Shown here: piece after piece, positions 39,401 through 53,651 of the stretch
Layout: each line of letters begins with the position of its first letter
How positions within the stretch are numbered: position 1 is the stretch's first letter
The notes under the pieces: generated by a model
Databases searched by the model: none
Told to the model about the DNA's origin: nothing
What the model saw: only the letters and a program-made list of their open reading frames with translations
Assembly: GCA_964016885.1 (NCBI GenBank)
Contig: OZ024740.1
Coordinates: 106,020,001-106,084,000, forward strand
Source of the DNA: Eledone cirrhosa
Taxonomy: Eukaryota
Reading direction: 5' to 3'
DNA: 64,000 nucleotides
Translations under genes and position numbers: made by a program

Positions 39401-42065
39401 GACCAATTCTTCAATGCAAAGCACGAAGGCTGCGTTGTCAGAGCTAGGGTGCGTGCTCTCAGACACGAGAGGACGAAAGCCGTTCAATGGGCCCGAGTGG
39501 CGGAGGCGCGTCGTGGCAACAAAGCCACAATCCGGTCCTTGGTGGTCCACGACCGGCGCATGCTACTCGATCCCGGGAAAATGTGTGAAGCTTTTCAGCG
39601 ACACTTCGCTCAACTGTTCGGGGGCAGTGGCGGGCCGGTTCGAGGGATAGACTTTAGTGTCTACCTCGACGGACTGCCGCGGCTTTCGGCCACTGAGGCG
39701 GAGTGTTGCGAAAAGCCGATAACAACCGCTGAAGTACGGGAGGCAATGACTGGCTGCACAAGGGGTAAATCGCCTGGTTTGGATGGTCTGCCCTATGAAC
39801 TTTACGTACAGATGCCAGACTTGTTCGGAGGCCTCTTGGCGAACGTCTACTGCAACTGGCAACAGAACTGGAGAATTCCCTGCTCTGTGAGCCGAGGAGC
39901 TGTGGCGCTGCTGAGAAAGGATCCGAACAAGGGGGATAACATAGATAATATTAGGCCCATAACACTGCTAAACACAGAGTTCAAGATTTTGGCCAAGGTG
40001 CTAGCAAAGAGGTTGGCGCTTGTCGTTGATGGTCTGGTGGGAGAGGCACAGACATGCGTCATTCCCGACAGATCCATCCACGACAACCTCCACCTCATGC
40101 GATACATCGTAGAGAGGGTAGCTAGGGAACCTGGCACGGGTGGGTCTTTGATCAGTTTAGATCAGTCGAAAGCCTTCGATAGGGTCGACCATTGTTACCT
40201 AGCGGCAGTCCTGAGGGCGGCTGGCTTTGGGCCCGTCTTCAGAGGCTGGATCGCTGCCATGCACAGCGACATCTGCTCTGTAGTGAGAGTGAACGGTCAC
40301 CTTTCGGAACTGTTCAACATCATGCGCTCGGTCCGCCAAGGATGTCCCCTCCCGTCCCTATTGTACGTATTGACTCTGGAGCCATTACTGCACAAACTGG
40401 AGACGTTGAGGGGGGTCCCGCGCGAACTAGGATGCGGAAGATCCGTGTCAGCATATGCCGACGATGTCACCGTACTGGTGTCGAACGCCAAACACATCGA
40501 GGCGATCGGCACTACACTAAGAGAATACGAAGCGGTGACAGGAGCAATGATCAACCAGGAAAAGTCAGTGGGCCTGCAGCTCGGCACCTGGAGAGGCAGG
40601 TCCATGCCGTCCAACAGCGTCGTCGGGCGCTGGACGGACGGAACGGTTAAATTGCTAGGGGTCTGGTTCGGTCCAGACCTCCAGACGGACAAAAACTGGG
40701 ACGAGGTGACGAGCAGGGTGGCTTCTCTCACCCAGAAATGGGCCGAGAGGAAGCTATCCCTGAAAGGTCGAGCGGAGGTGGCGAATGCGTACATCGCATC
40801 CGTCATCTACTACCGCCTGACCGTCGTACCTTGTCCTAAGCCCCGCCTGACTGCGCTGGAGCGTTTGCTCTTTCGCTTCTTGCGGAAGGGACGCGCTCCG
40901 ATGGTCAGGCGGTCCATCTGCTGTCAACACCCGCTACGTGGAGGGCTGGGCCTGCCGTGCCTGATGATGCGCAGACACGCGCTCAGGCTACGACATCTCC
41001 ACCTCTTCCTCGACGGTGATCAGGTGTGGTTGCCGTTTGCTAGACACGTTTTTCCCCAGCTCGTCTCCTTGACGGAGCTGCAGTCCTGGGTCAAGCGAAG
41101 ACCGAGAGGGAGCGCTTGGAGACTGGAATGTCTTCAGGCGCTCACAGCCCTCGACCAATCGGGCAATGTGATCGGTGGAAACTCCACCTTGGCGTTCTAT
41201 AGGGGATTAGTGGAGGGGAAGAGCGACGACGTACTTGGAGAAACTCTAGGCGTCGACTAAAATCAACTAGCCAATCTCTTCGGAAGGACTTTCGGGCCGG
41301 GGCCTATGGACAACTTCCAGAAATCCCTGGCCTGGCAGTGCTACCGAGGAGCTTTGCCAGTTCGGGATAAACTCTACAGGCATGGAGGTGCCGTCAGCCG
41401 GGCATGTCCGAGATGCGCGCAGGGCGACGAAACCGTCCTGCACGCACTCGTCCAGTGTCCGAGCATTGCTGACTTGTGGGTTTATGTCGAACACCTGCTG
41501 TCACGTGTAGGACGGATCCAGCTATCAGCTGAGTCCATCGTGAGGATTGCCCCGCCCCCTTCCTTTAGCCGGGAAGGGCAGGCAGTTTTTATCTGTCTGG
41601 TGGCCATGGCGAAAGAGATAGTATGGTGGACACGTTTGAAAGGGCTGAAGACGAGCACTTACCTCTTCGGTGATGCCCTGATTAACTTTTTCAAATTTCA
41701 TCTGAAAAGGAAAATCAGGGTAGAGAGGGAAGTGCTCTCTTCCCAGCATTTTGTTGAAAGATGGGTGAGAGAAGCAAGTATGGCCCGAATGAATGGGCCT
41801 TCTCTGAGTATGTGTCTGTAAATTAAAGGTGGAAAACTGGGAGAGGGCACTTGCCCTGGTGGTCAGGGCCACTGTGGTCTTTTAATGGGCTTTCTCCACA
41901 AATGTCCCTCGGAAGTCTCCCCCCTATTGGGGAATTTTTCTTTGTTATTTTATTTCATCCTCTGTTTTTTTTTACACGCAGAAATGCCCATTTGTACCGT
42001 CCTGTATTGTCCTGTACTGTCCTTAATGTCTACTTTATGTAAACCCTTGTGGTTAATAAAGAAAA

Positions 42066-42066
<1 letters not shown>
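36468..42066 (+). mobile_element. Tx1/L1-clade APE non-LTR retrotransposon, copy C1 (lacks 5' UTR)
   Basis: ORF1 remnant with a CCHC knuckle. ORF2 38402-41821: SINARG, VGDWNG, SYLDRV, TDH (APE); KSPGLDGL, KAFDRV, RQGCP, AYADD (RT); CPRC..ETVLHALVQC. Stops at 39140 and 41258. Ends AATAAA then (TTA)n. Confidence 0.92.
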
Positions 42067-42107
<41 letters not shown>

Positions 42108-42108
<1 letters not shown>

Positions 42109-42359
42109 GTTCTTTGAGTCTCGGTCATTGATGTTATTTAACTGGAAAGTTTGTTGAAATGAATATCAAGCCGCTACCTGCAGCCTCAGAGATTCACGGC
42201 GTATCGGAGGGTTCTTGCTGTTCCCAGCAAGCATGTCTTTTGAAATGTTCCAAAAAACGAGGTTGGACTAATCTTCTTTAACCATCCTTGGAAACTCTTT
42301 GAGATAGTACCTAGTGCGCCTATGACAATCGGGACGAACATGATCTCATGGCAATTCAA
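42108..42359 (-). mobile_element. Family B, copy B4 (~250-bp 3' stub)
   Basis: VPIVIGALGTISK..LLGTARTLRY plus the 3' UTR. Confidence 0.88.
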
Positions 42360-42612
42360 ATTACTTCTTAACTCCCACTTATTATTATTATTATCATTTT
42401 TATTTTCTTTCATTATTGTTTCTGAGATATATGCCGAGTGTCTTCCTGACACCTAGGGCAAATAAATTCACAGTGTGCATTGGTAAGCTAGTTAATACAG
42501 CACATTGATTATAATTTAAAAAAAAAACAGTACACATATACACACACACATGTGCATATGCATATGTAAATACAAGGAGGGATATCAATCTTACAGAGAT
42601 AGTGCTCTTCTC

Positions 42613-42646
<34 letters not shown>

Positions 42647-42651
42647 GTTAT

Positions 42652-45600
42652 TGTTATTCCTTGAATCTCAGTCATTGATGTTGGTTAACTGGAAAGTTTG
42701 TTGAAATGAATATCAAGCCACTACCTGCAGCCTCAGATATTCAGGACGTATCGGAGGGTTCTTGCTGTTCCCAGCAAGCATGCCTTTTGAAGCGTTCCAA
42801 AAAGCGTGAAGGGGCCAATTTTCTTTAACCATCCCTGGACACTTTTTGAGATAGTACCTAGTGCGCCTATGACAATCGGGATCACTTTGACTTCATGGCA
42901 GTTCCAAATCCTTTTTACCTCCCACTTTAAGTCCTGGTATCGGTTAATTTTCTCCCTCTCCTTCTCTTGCATTCTCGTGTCGAATGGGCAGGCCACATCC
43001 ACAATCAGGCACGATCTTTTTTCTTTGTCCCAAACCACCAGGTCAGGTCTATTGTGTCCCAGTTTCTTGTCCGTCTGTATCCTAAAATCCCACAGCACCT
43101 TCAACTGATCGTTTTCTATCACCGCCTCTGGCTTATGCTCATACCACTTCTCAGAATGTGGTAAATTGTTTACTTTGCATAGGTACCAGTGTATCACCTT
43201 GCCCATCAAATCATGTCTCCAGCCTTTATAGTGGGTCTGGGCTAGGTGTTTACACTCGGACACAATGTGAGCCACAGTCTCCTCTCTCTCTCTCCACAGA
43301 TCCTGCACAGTGGGCTAGCCTCCTCCTTGTAAATGTGGTGTTTCAACCACTTCGTTTTGAGGGCCTGCTCCTGCGCAGCCATTAACATTCCTTCTGTAGC
43401 CTTTTTAAGGTCTCCTATTTTCAACCAGTTCCATGTCTGTGGATCTCTAAATTCAGTTCTCTCAAAGAAGGTACTATGAAGGGATTTTTCCTGAAGGCTG
43501 CTCTTTCTCTTTGATGTTATTTCCTAGAGGGTCAGACACCATGCTTTCCAGCATAGTTACGTCCCTTTACGATCTGAGTTCAAATCCCGCCGAGGTTGAC
43601 TTTGCCTTTCATCCTTACGGGGTCGATAAAATAAAGTACCAGAAATGCACTGGGTGATTTACTGGCCTTGTGCCTAAAGTAGAAACAGTTATTTCCTCCT
43701 TGGATATCCCCTGGCCTATTGTCCCCTCCTTCAGTACAGTTCTGAGCATTGGCTCCTTACTATCAGTCACGTATTTGTGTAGGTTATTTTTCTCCATCTG
43801 AACACAGTCCTCTATGCTGATAAGACCTCTTCCACCCTCAGATCTCCGTAAGTAGAGTCTATCGACATCACTCCTCTTGTGGAACATGTTGTAGATACTC
43901 AATAGCTTCCTAATCTTCCTATCCATTTCTTTTTGTTCAGCAACATTCTATCTCAGAATTCCCGCACTGTACCTAATAATAGACACAGCTCGGGAATTTA
44001 CTGCACTTATGGCATTCCTACTGTTCAGATGTGACTTTAATACGCTCCTTACTCTCCGAAGTTATTCAGTTCTTATCAATTCCTTCATTTTTTTGTTCTT
44101 GATGTCATCAGCCTCCAGAACGCCCAAATACTTGTATCCTTCCTCAGAGTCAATTTCCTTTATCATCTCACCTGTTGGTATCTGGATTCCGTTACTTCTG
44201 CTCAACTTACCCCTCCTCATCACAATGACTCCACACTTACTAATACCAAATTGCATACATATATCATTGCTGAAAATACGGACAGTGTCAACAAGCACAT
44301 CCAACTCCTTCTCCTCTTCCCGAAGAGCTTAAGATCGTCCATGAAGAGGAGGTGATTGATGGTAAGCCCTTCCTTTCCCAACCTGTATCCTGCTCTCATT
44401 TTTTGCAGTACACTGGTCAGGGGCATCAGGGCAAGGACAAACAACAGAGGGGACAGACTATCTCCCTGGAAGATACCTCTCTTGATCTTCACGCTTCCCA
44501 AGGATTCTCCAGTTGATGTTAACTCTGTTTCCCAGGACTTCATACTTTTGCCCAACAACTGTCTGATGTTATCTGCCACCTTGAAGATCTCCAGGCTTTT
44601 GGTGATCCAAGAATGAGGCACCATGTCAAATGCCTTTTTGTAGTCTATCCATCCCATGGCAAGACCAGTGTGTCGCCTCTTGCAATTCCTCATTACCATC
44701 TTATCAATAAGTAACTGGTCCTTTGTACCACGTGACTTCTTTCGGCGTCCTTTCTGTTCGTCCGGTAACAAGTTGTTTGTGTGGAAGTGATGGTAGATTT
44801 CCTTAGACATAATGTCTGTCAACAGTTTCCACATTACGGACAGACATGTGATAGGTCTATAGTCGGTAACATCATTACCCTTGATTCGGTCTTTCATTAT
44901 CAGAACTGTGGTACCTTTTGTCAACCACTCTGGTACCTAACCTGACATCAAGCAGTCATTGAACATGGTTGTCAGTTTCGGGTGGAGGGATGTTATATTT
45001 TTAATCCAATACCCCTGCACACCATCTGGGCCAGGTGATTTCCAGTTGGCTAGTTTTTTGGCCTGCCCCTTAAGAGTTTCAACTGTGATACTCAAATCAG
45101 TTTGTTGGTGTGCCTGTTCACTGATCTCCTTCTGTACTGTCTCAATCCACACTGCCTGGTCATTATGTTTAACATCCTGCTCCCATATTCCTCTCCAGAA
45201 TGTCTTAGTTTGTTCCGCCTCAGGGATCAAGTCGTTGCCTCTTTCTTTCCCTTCAAGCTGTACAAACAACATCTTCTGGTTGTTGTCGAACATGCGGTTC
45301 TGTCTATACTGACTGACTCTGTTCTCGTATCGCCTGATTTTAGCACTCTTTGCTACAATGCGTTGCTTCAGTTCCTCTATGATAATATTTAGCTTTTTCC
45401 TCCTAGTTTTGTACTTTATTTCCAGTCTATTTTTAGTGTCTATGTTTTTTAGTGTCCCATTCAGTAGGGAATCAAGCTTTCCAATGTCATTTCTCATTTC
45501 CCTGATTTGACCACTCAGTCGTTTCTTCCACCAAGGCTCTGCTCTTTCTTGTCTGCTGTTTCCTCTCGCTTTTATACCAATAGTTTCCTCACCGTATTTG

Positions 45601-47676
45601 CTGTTGCTTTGAGGATATTGTTGCACTGGTGAAGGCTCCTCGCCTCAAGGTATGGGATGACTTTGTTTACCTTAGCTGTTGTTTCTTTTAACTTTTTCCT
45701 GTCTACAAATCTTAGGTTCATAGGTCTCCCACTATCATTGTTCAATTCGTCTACCTCTAAGTTTAGGATATCAACCAAATCTTGTCCTAGCCCGTCAGCA
45801 TTCATCTCCTCAGTGGCCGTATCTCTGTTCCAGGTACTATTTATCTCAGCATTCAGATCATTGTCTGCTTCGGGTGGTTCCTCCGTTCTCTCGACCTCTT
45901 CACCTTCATTTCCCACTGGCTCGTTTGCCTGGCATACTCCATTCTCCATCTCCAAGCTAATCTCTCTGCTCAGTTCCTCCAGTTCCAGCTCGCTTATCCA
46001 CCCATTAGTTCTTATTACCCGAGCCTGCCCGGCCAATTTTTGTTCATATAATTTAAATAGACCAATCTCGTTCCAGATGTTATGCATCCGTTTCCTATAG
46101 CCTTTCTCCTTGGGGTTACTCTTCAGGTAACATTGCATAACAGTTCTATTCAATTCTTTCGTCCAGTTGGTTCTGGTCCCTTTCCTTCTTCTTCTTCCTC
46201 CGACACCAGCAGTATTTGGTTGCAGCCAGGTCCCTGCTGCTGAGCCAAGGAGCACCTGTTGGGTGAGAGTCTGTCACATGACATTCTAGTCTCCATTTCA
46301 CCGTTATTCGAACTGTTTAGGTTCGACATTTAAACACTCTTATCGAGGATTGGCGAATGTATGGTTACATAACCACCAGTGAATTCATCGTCTCCGGTGG
46401 TTTCGTCACTCCACGTGACTTTTGTGTGGCATTATCACGCTGTAGACGAACACAAACAAACAAACAAACAGACAGAAAAAACCCCCCAAAAATGAATAAG
46501 CATAAGTTTCATTGTAATGTAGTGTTTGAATGTCTGACTTAGTTTTTCCCTTCCCTTCTCTGTCCGTCTGTTTGTTTTTCTCTTCATTCTTATTTTCTTT
46601 TCGTTTTTCGTTGTTGCTGTGCTGCTTTGATTTTGATTTTTGTTTTTTTGATTTGACCGGGTCATCAATTCAGTCTATTTATATATTTGGTGCCTTCCTC
46701 TTTTAGTGAGAATTCTACAATGTAGCAGGGGGTAGCGGGAGAGAATAGCGGCGGTAGTAATAATGAGGCACTGGTGGTGGTGGTGGTGGCGGTGCTGTGC
46801 TAGCAGCAACTAGCAGGAGGTATTTGGAGAGAATAGCGGCGGTAGCGATAATGAGGCAGTGGTGGTGGTGGTGATGTGGTCGTATTACTGTAGTGATGGT
46901 GTTGAAGTTGGAGTAGAAATTTGAGTCGACTTGACGAGAGTTTTCATCGTGGTAGTGGTGGTGGTGTTGGTGTTGAAATTATCTTTAGTGAAATTATCGT
47001 TAGTCGCGTATATGTGTTGACATATGTTCTTAATATTGGAATTAAACATTTTGTTAAAACTAAAACTTAATTTTTATTTTTGTTTTTTTTTTATTTTGAC
47101 CGGGTCATCAATTCAGTCTATTTATATATTTTGATGCCTTCCTCTTTTAGTGGTAATTCTACAATGTAGCAGGGGGCAGCGGAAGAGAATAGCGGCGGTA
47201 GTGATAATGAGGCAGTGGTGGTGGTGGTGCTGGCGGTGCTGTGCTAGCAGCAACTAGCAGGAGGTAGTGGGAGAGAATAGCGGCGGTAGCGATAATGAGG
47301 CAGTGGTGGTGGTGATGTGGTCGTATTACTGTAGTGATGGTGTTGAAGTTGAAGTAGAAATTTGAGTCGACTTGACCAGAGTTTTCATCGTGGTAGTGGT
47401 GGTGGTGTTGGTGGTGAAATTATCTTTAGTGAAATTATCGTTAGTCGCGTATATGTGTTGACATATTTTCTTAATATTGGAATTAAACATTTTGTTAAGA
47501 CTAAAACTTGAGACAATAATAATAGTAATTATTATTATTATGCTGAGATAGGTGGTGGTGAAATTGCCGTTATCTGGCTGTTGTATTTAGTGTACACAGA
47601 GAGGTGATAGGGTAGGTGGTGTATCTAGTTTCTGATGTTGGTGAAACATCAGAAACTAGATACACCACCTACCCCA
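42652..47676 (-). mobile_element. Family B, copy B5, near full length, degenerate, with SINE insertion and rearranged 5' leader
   Basis: ORF fragments 42733-46296 are collinear with B1; (TAA)n flanks. Confidence 0.9.
43526..43687 (+). mobile_element. SINE (7777 family) inserted in B5, 10-bp TSD
   Basis: TSD gttatttcct at 43516-43525 and 43688-43697. Confidence 0.9.
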
Positions 47677-47740
<64 letters not shown>

Positions 47741-50700
47741 GGCGACCTACGTAGGAAATCGTATTATCGTGAGCTCCGCAAAGGTTTGTTATTTCCGTTT
47801 GTTTAAAAATTGCCATTTATGGAAAATTTTATTGTAAACTGTTTATAAGCACACATACATTGTTTTCCGAAAAGGACACCCAAAAAGATTGGGGCCTTGT
47901 GCCCAAAATTTTAACTTTTATTATTATCCAAAAATTTCTTTGAAAAAAATGGCTAATTCCCCTCTGCACGAAGCAGCTGAAAGCCTTCCTCACAAAATAA
48001 CACCTCACACCGACACCACCATTGTAAATGTTACTACGTTTGCCAACACAAAAAAAAATATAAGCAGTAGCAATATTTTAAATTTGTCTCAGGCAGACAT
48101 TCATTTCCCGCCATTACCAATGACTGCAGGTGTTAAACCCTCCACCACCACCACCACCGCGACAACCACCATCACCACCACCACCGCGACAACAGAAACA
48201 AAAGAAGAAAAAAATAAATTAACTCGTGACGTCGAAATGAAATCAAGCAAAATGGACTCTTCCCCACCAAAGACAACTGACGTCACCACCAGCACAACTG
48301 AAAATAAAATTAATATTAACACAAATAACGATAGCAACAACAACAACAATGACATTATAAAACCGACCCTCAGTTTCGCCATCGTAGCAAAACAATTCGA
48401 AGCGTTCACGGTAACTCAAGAAGATTTAGAAAATGCCAAACAAATGGTAAAGAAAGATGGGTACAGGGTCAGCCTCACCCCCCCCCCCCCCCCCACACCT
48501 AATAAAATGGAGCATCGGCGCCTGTGCACCGTGTCGTATAGAACAATAAATGTAAAATCGCGCCGAGTGGAACAGGCATCCGAGTCCCAAATCCAAAAAG
48601 CTTTGGGACATGTGTGGGCAAGAAAAACCCACATCAGACGTGGGCAAAAGTATGGAACCGTGGATGTGTTCTTTGAAACACCAGAGGAGGCTAGAGAACA
48701 CTCCATGGCCCCATTAAAAAGTGACGACTTCACACTCGTCCCAAGCTATTGTGGCCAGAGACTCGTAAAGATCAGGGTGACCCACGTTCCACCGGCCATC
48801 GAAATTCCCTGGCTAATAGCGGCTGTCATCGCCGGCATCGAGGCCAACACGAGAATAATAACAATAGCAAAAGAAAAGCAGGAAAACTGGTCCGGATCTG
48901 GGATGGAGCTCCTGATCCAAGCGGACCAAAAAAGCATTGAGGAGATCCCAGAGGTAATAGACCTCACTGACGGCAGCCACCTCACGGTAATTGTCGAGGG
49001 CAGAAGACCTAGGTGTGTCGTTTGTGGTGAAGGAACCCACCTAAGGGCTTTCTGCCCTCAGGCTAAAAGGTTGAGGCCACCTCTCCTACCCACCCCAGTG
49101 ACACAACCATCAACACCACCAGTAGCAGAGATGCCAGCAACAACTGTAGCAGCAACAACAGAAGCAACTATAACAGCAACAACCCCAGCAACAGTAGCAA
49201 AACCAACACCACTACCACCACCAGCAAAACGAACACCACCACCACCCAACGCTTCAGAACAAGCACCAGCGCCTACACCATCCACCACACCACAACCAAA
49301 ACTAACGGCTGTGGAGGATTTTCCACTCCCCGGCCTATCACAACTGGAGACAGATTGTGACGACGAGGAGTGGGAAATGATATCCGGAAAAAAAAAAAGA
49401 AACCAAAAAAGAAAAAATTCTCTTCCTTCCCCCTCCAAAAACAAAATACAGAGGGAAACAAATAAACTAAGAAACAAAAAAGTTAGGACACATATGCCAC
49501 CATCCACACCAGCATCACCAACCCCATCAACCCAAACACCAACACCATCACCATCATTATCCCCAGCACCACTATCACCTACACCACAAAAGTCACCAAA
49601 ATACGAAACAGAAACAAACCCACAACAAACGCAAACAAAACAAAACAACCAAAACGATACACACTACACAGCATTAAATTTGAACAACAAGCAATTATTA
49701 CACTACATCCAACACAACACCAGCATCACAGAAAAAGACTACACAACAACCCCAAAATTCACACCACCTCCACACATACAAATCACTCGCATCACACAGA
49801 AAACGTACATGACACTAAAACAAAAATTCCCCAAAGACATCGGAGACTTCCGACAAGCACTCTCCAGGAGGATTTATAAGGACATCCTTCCTGAGGAGGC
49901 CACAAGCAGTGAAAAGGATGGCAAAGCCGTCCTTCCCCTACGAGAAGTAAGGTAAGTGGTCTTTCCCATCTTTTCCACTCCTTTTCAACATGACCTCACT
50001 CAGAATAGGCAGCATAAATGCGCGTGGCTTGGGGTCGTCATGGAAGCAGGGCCACCTGCTCAACGACCTCAGGTCACTAAACATAGATGTAGTGGCCATC
50101 AGCGAGACCAGAATCTCCGAAGCACAGGCTTTCGCACCGATCTTCGGCGGCTACGATGTGTACGCATCTCCCAGCCGTCCGGGATCGGGGGGAGGAGTTG
50201 CTGTGCTTTTGAGGAGAGGTTTGGATCTTGCCATACGGGCCATCTTCCTGGACCCAGAAGGTAAGTTGGTGGTGCTGGACGTGACCAGCGGAGACGGGCA
50301 AGCTTTCAGGTTAGTGGCCGTCTATGCCCCGACAGGAGCAGGGCGGCCTGATTTCTTCCGGCGTCTGGAGACCTTTCTTGGAACGTCCCGCTCTTTAGTG
50401 TTAGTGGGCGACTGGAACGGGATCTTAGATGCACGCTGGGATTGTGTGGGATTAGTGGATAGGGAAGGAGGGTGCAAGAGTCTCACCAACCTGCTCAGAC
50501 GTTTTGAACTGTCTGACAGGTACCGAATGGATTTCCCGAATGTACCAATGTGGACTTGGACAAATCGCATAGGGTCATCCAGATCATATCTAGATAGAGT
50601 ATTTTGTAGGGAAATAGATAGGTCTAGCATAGGCTGTCCACAATTCAAGATAGTCAGCTACACGGACCACAAATTCGTGATCTGTGTGCTTGACTTAGAT

Positions 50701-53651
50701 AGGCTTCATAGACGAGGACCCGGCTACTGGAAGTTAAACGCGTCCTTACCAGCGCGCAAGGCCTACAGAGACCGGATTAGCGAACTAGTTAAGCGGGCGT
50801 TGACGGGGGCCATCGTCAACAACAAGTGGTGGTTTGCTCTGAAAAGAGCAATTAGAATAGAGTCCATTAGGTTTAGTAAGACTTTAGCAATAGAGAAAAA
50901 TAGAGCATAGGGAGAATTAGTTAGAAAATTAGATGAGGCGCTTAGCAAAGGCATCGCGACCGACGTGCTTGCGGCGAAATTGGGCCTTGACCAATTCTTC
51001 AATGCAAAGTACGAAGGCTGCGTTGTCAGAGCTAGGGTGCGTGCTCTCAGACACGAGGGGACGAAAGCCGTTCAATGGGCCCGAGTGGCGGAGGCGCGTC
51101 GTGGCAACAAAGCCACGATCCGGTCTTTGGTGGACCACGACGGGCGCATGCTACTCGATCCCGGGCAAATGTGTGAAGCTTTTCAGCAACACTTCGCTCA
51201 ACTGTTCGGGGGCAGTGGCGGGCCGGATCGAGGGATGGACTTTAGTGTCTACCTCGACGGACTGCCGCGGCTTTCGGCCACTGAGGCGGAGTGTTGCGAA
51301 AAACCGATAACAACCGCTGAAGTACGGGATGCAATGACTAGTTGCACAAGGGGTAAATCGCCTGGTTTGGATGGTCTGCCCTATGAACTTTACGTACAAA
51401 TGCCAAACTTGTTCGGAGGCCTCTTGGCGGACGTCTACTGCAACTGGCAACAGAATGGGAGAATTCCCAGCTCTGTGAGCCGAGGAGCGGTGGCGCTGCT
51501 GAGAAAGGATCCGAACAAGGGGGATAACATAGATAATTTTAGGCCCACAACTCTGCTAAACACAGAGTTCAAGATTTTGGCCAAGGTGCTAGCAAAGAGG
51601 TTGGCGCTTGTCGTTGGTGGTCTGGTGGGAGAGGCACAGACATGCGCCATTCCCGACAGATCCATCCACGACAACCTCCACCTCATGCGATACATCGTAG
51701 AGAGGGTAGCTAGGGAACCTGGCACGGGTGGGTCTTTGATCAATTTAGATCAGTCGAAAGCCTTCGATAGGGTCGACCATCGTTACCTAGCGGCAGTCCT
51801 GAGGGCGGCTGGCTTTGGGCCCGTCTTCAGAGGCTGGATCGCTGCCATGCACAGCGACATCTGCTCTGTAGTGACAGTGAACGGTCACCTTTCGGAACCG
51901 TTCAACATCATGCGCTCGGTCCGCCAAGGATGTCCCCTCTCGTCCCTATTGTACGTATTGACTCTCGAACCATTACTGCACAAACTGGAGACGTTGAGGG
52001 GGGTCCCGCGCGAACTAGGATGCGGAAGATCCGTGTCAGCATATGCCGACGATGTCACCGTAGTGGTGTCGAACGCCAAACACATCGAGGCGATCGGCAC
52101 TACACTAAGAGAATACGAAGCGGTGACAGGAGCAATGATCAACCAGGAAAAGTCAGTGGGCCTGCAGCTCGGCACCTGGAGAGGCAGGTCCATGCCGTCC
52201 AACAGCGTCGTCGGGCGCTGGACGGACGGACCGGTTAAATTGCTAGGGGTCTGGTTCGGTCCAGACCTCCAGACGGACAAAAACTGGGACGAGGTGACGA
52301 GCAGGGTGGCTTCTCTCACCCAGAAATGGGCCGAGAGGAAGCTATCACTGAAAGGTCGAGCGGAGGTGGCGAATGCGTACATCGCATCCGTCATCTACTA
52401 CCGCCTGACCGTCGTACCTTGTTCTAAGCCCCGCCTGACTGCGCTGGAGCGTTTGCTCTTTCGCTTCTTGTGGAAGGGACGCGCTCCGATGGTCAGGCGG
52501 TCCATCTGCTGTCAACACCCGCTACGTGGAGGGCTGGGCATGCCGTGGCTGATGATGCGCAGACACGCGCTCAGGCTACGACATCTCCATCTCTTCCTCG
52601 ACGGTGATCAGGTGTGGTCGCCGTTTGCAAGACACGTTTTTCCCTAGCTCGTCTCCTTGACGGAGCTGCAGTCCTGGGTCAAGCGAAGACCGAGAGGGAG
52701 CGCTTGGAGACTGGAATGTCTTCAGGCGCTCACAGCCCTCGACCAATCGGGCAATGTGATCGGTGGAAACTCCACCTTGGCGTTCTATAGGGGATTAGTG
52801 GAGGGGAAGAGCGACGACGTACTTGGAGAAACTCTAGGCGTCGACTAAAATCAACTAGCCAATCTCTTCGGAAGGACTTTCGGGCCGGGGCCTATGGACA
52901 ACTTCCAGAAATCCCTGGCCTGGCAGTGCTACCGAGGAGCTTTGCCAGTTTGGGATAAACTCTACAGGCATGGAGGTGCCGTCAGCCGGACATGTCCGAG
53001 ATGCGCGCAGGGCGACGAAACCGTCCTGCACGCACTCGTCCGGTGTCCGAGCATTGCTGACTTGTGGGTTTATGTCGAACACCTGCTGTCACGTGTAGGA
53101 CGGATCCAGCTATCAGCTGAGTCCATCGTGAGGATTGCCCCGCCCCCTTCCTTTAGCCTGGAAGGGCAGGCAGTTTTTATCTGTCTGGTGGCCATGGCGA
53201 AAGAGATAGTATGGTGGACACGTTTGAAAGGTCTGAAGACGAGCACTTACCTCTTCGGTGATGCCCTGATTAACTTTTTCAAATTTCATTTGAAAAGGAA
53301 AATCAGAGTAGAGAGGGAAGTGCTCTCTTCCCAGCATTTTGTTGAAAGATGGGTGAGAGAAGCAAGTATGGCCCGAATGAATGGGCCTTCTCTGAGTATG
53401 TGTCTGTAAATTAAAGGTGGAAAACTGGGAGAGGGCACTTGCCCTGGTGGTCAGGGCCACTGTGGTCTTTTAATGGGCTTTCTCCACAAATGTCCCTTGG
53501 AAGTCTCCCCCCTATTGGGGAATTTTTCTTTGTTATTTTATTTCAACCTCTGTTTTTTTACACGCAGAAATGCCCATTTGTGCCGTCCTGTATTGTCCTG
53601 TACTGTCCTTAATGTCTACTTTATGTGAACCCTTGTGGTTAATAAAGAAAA

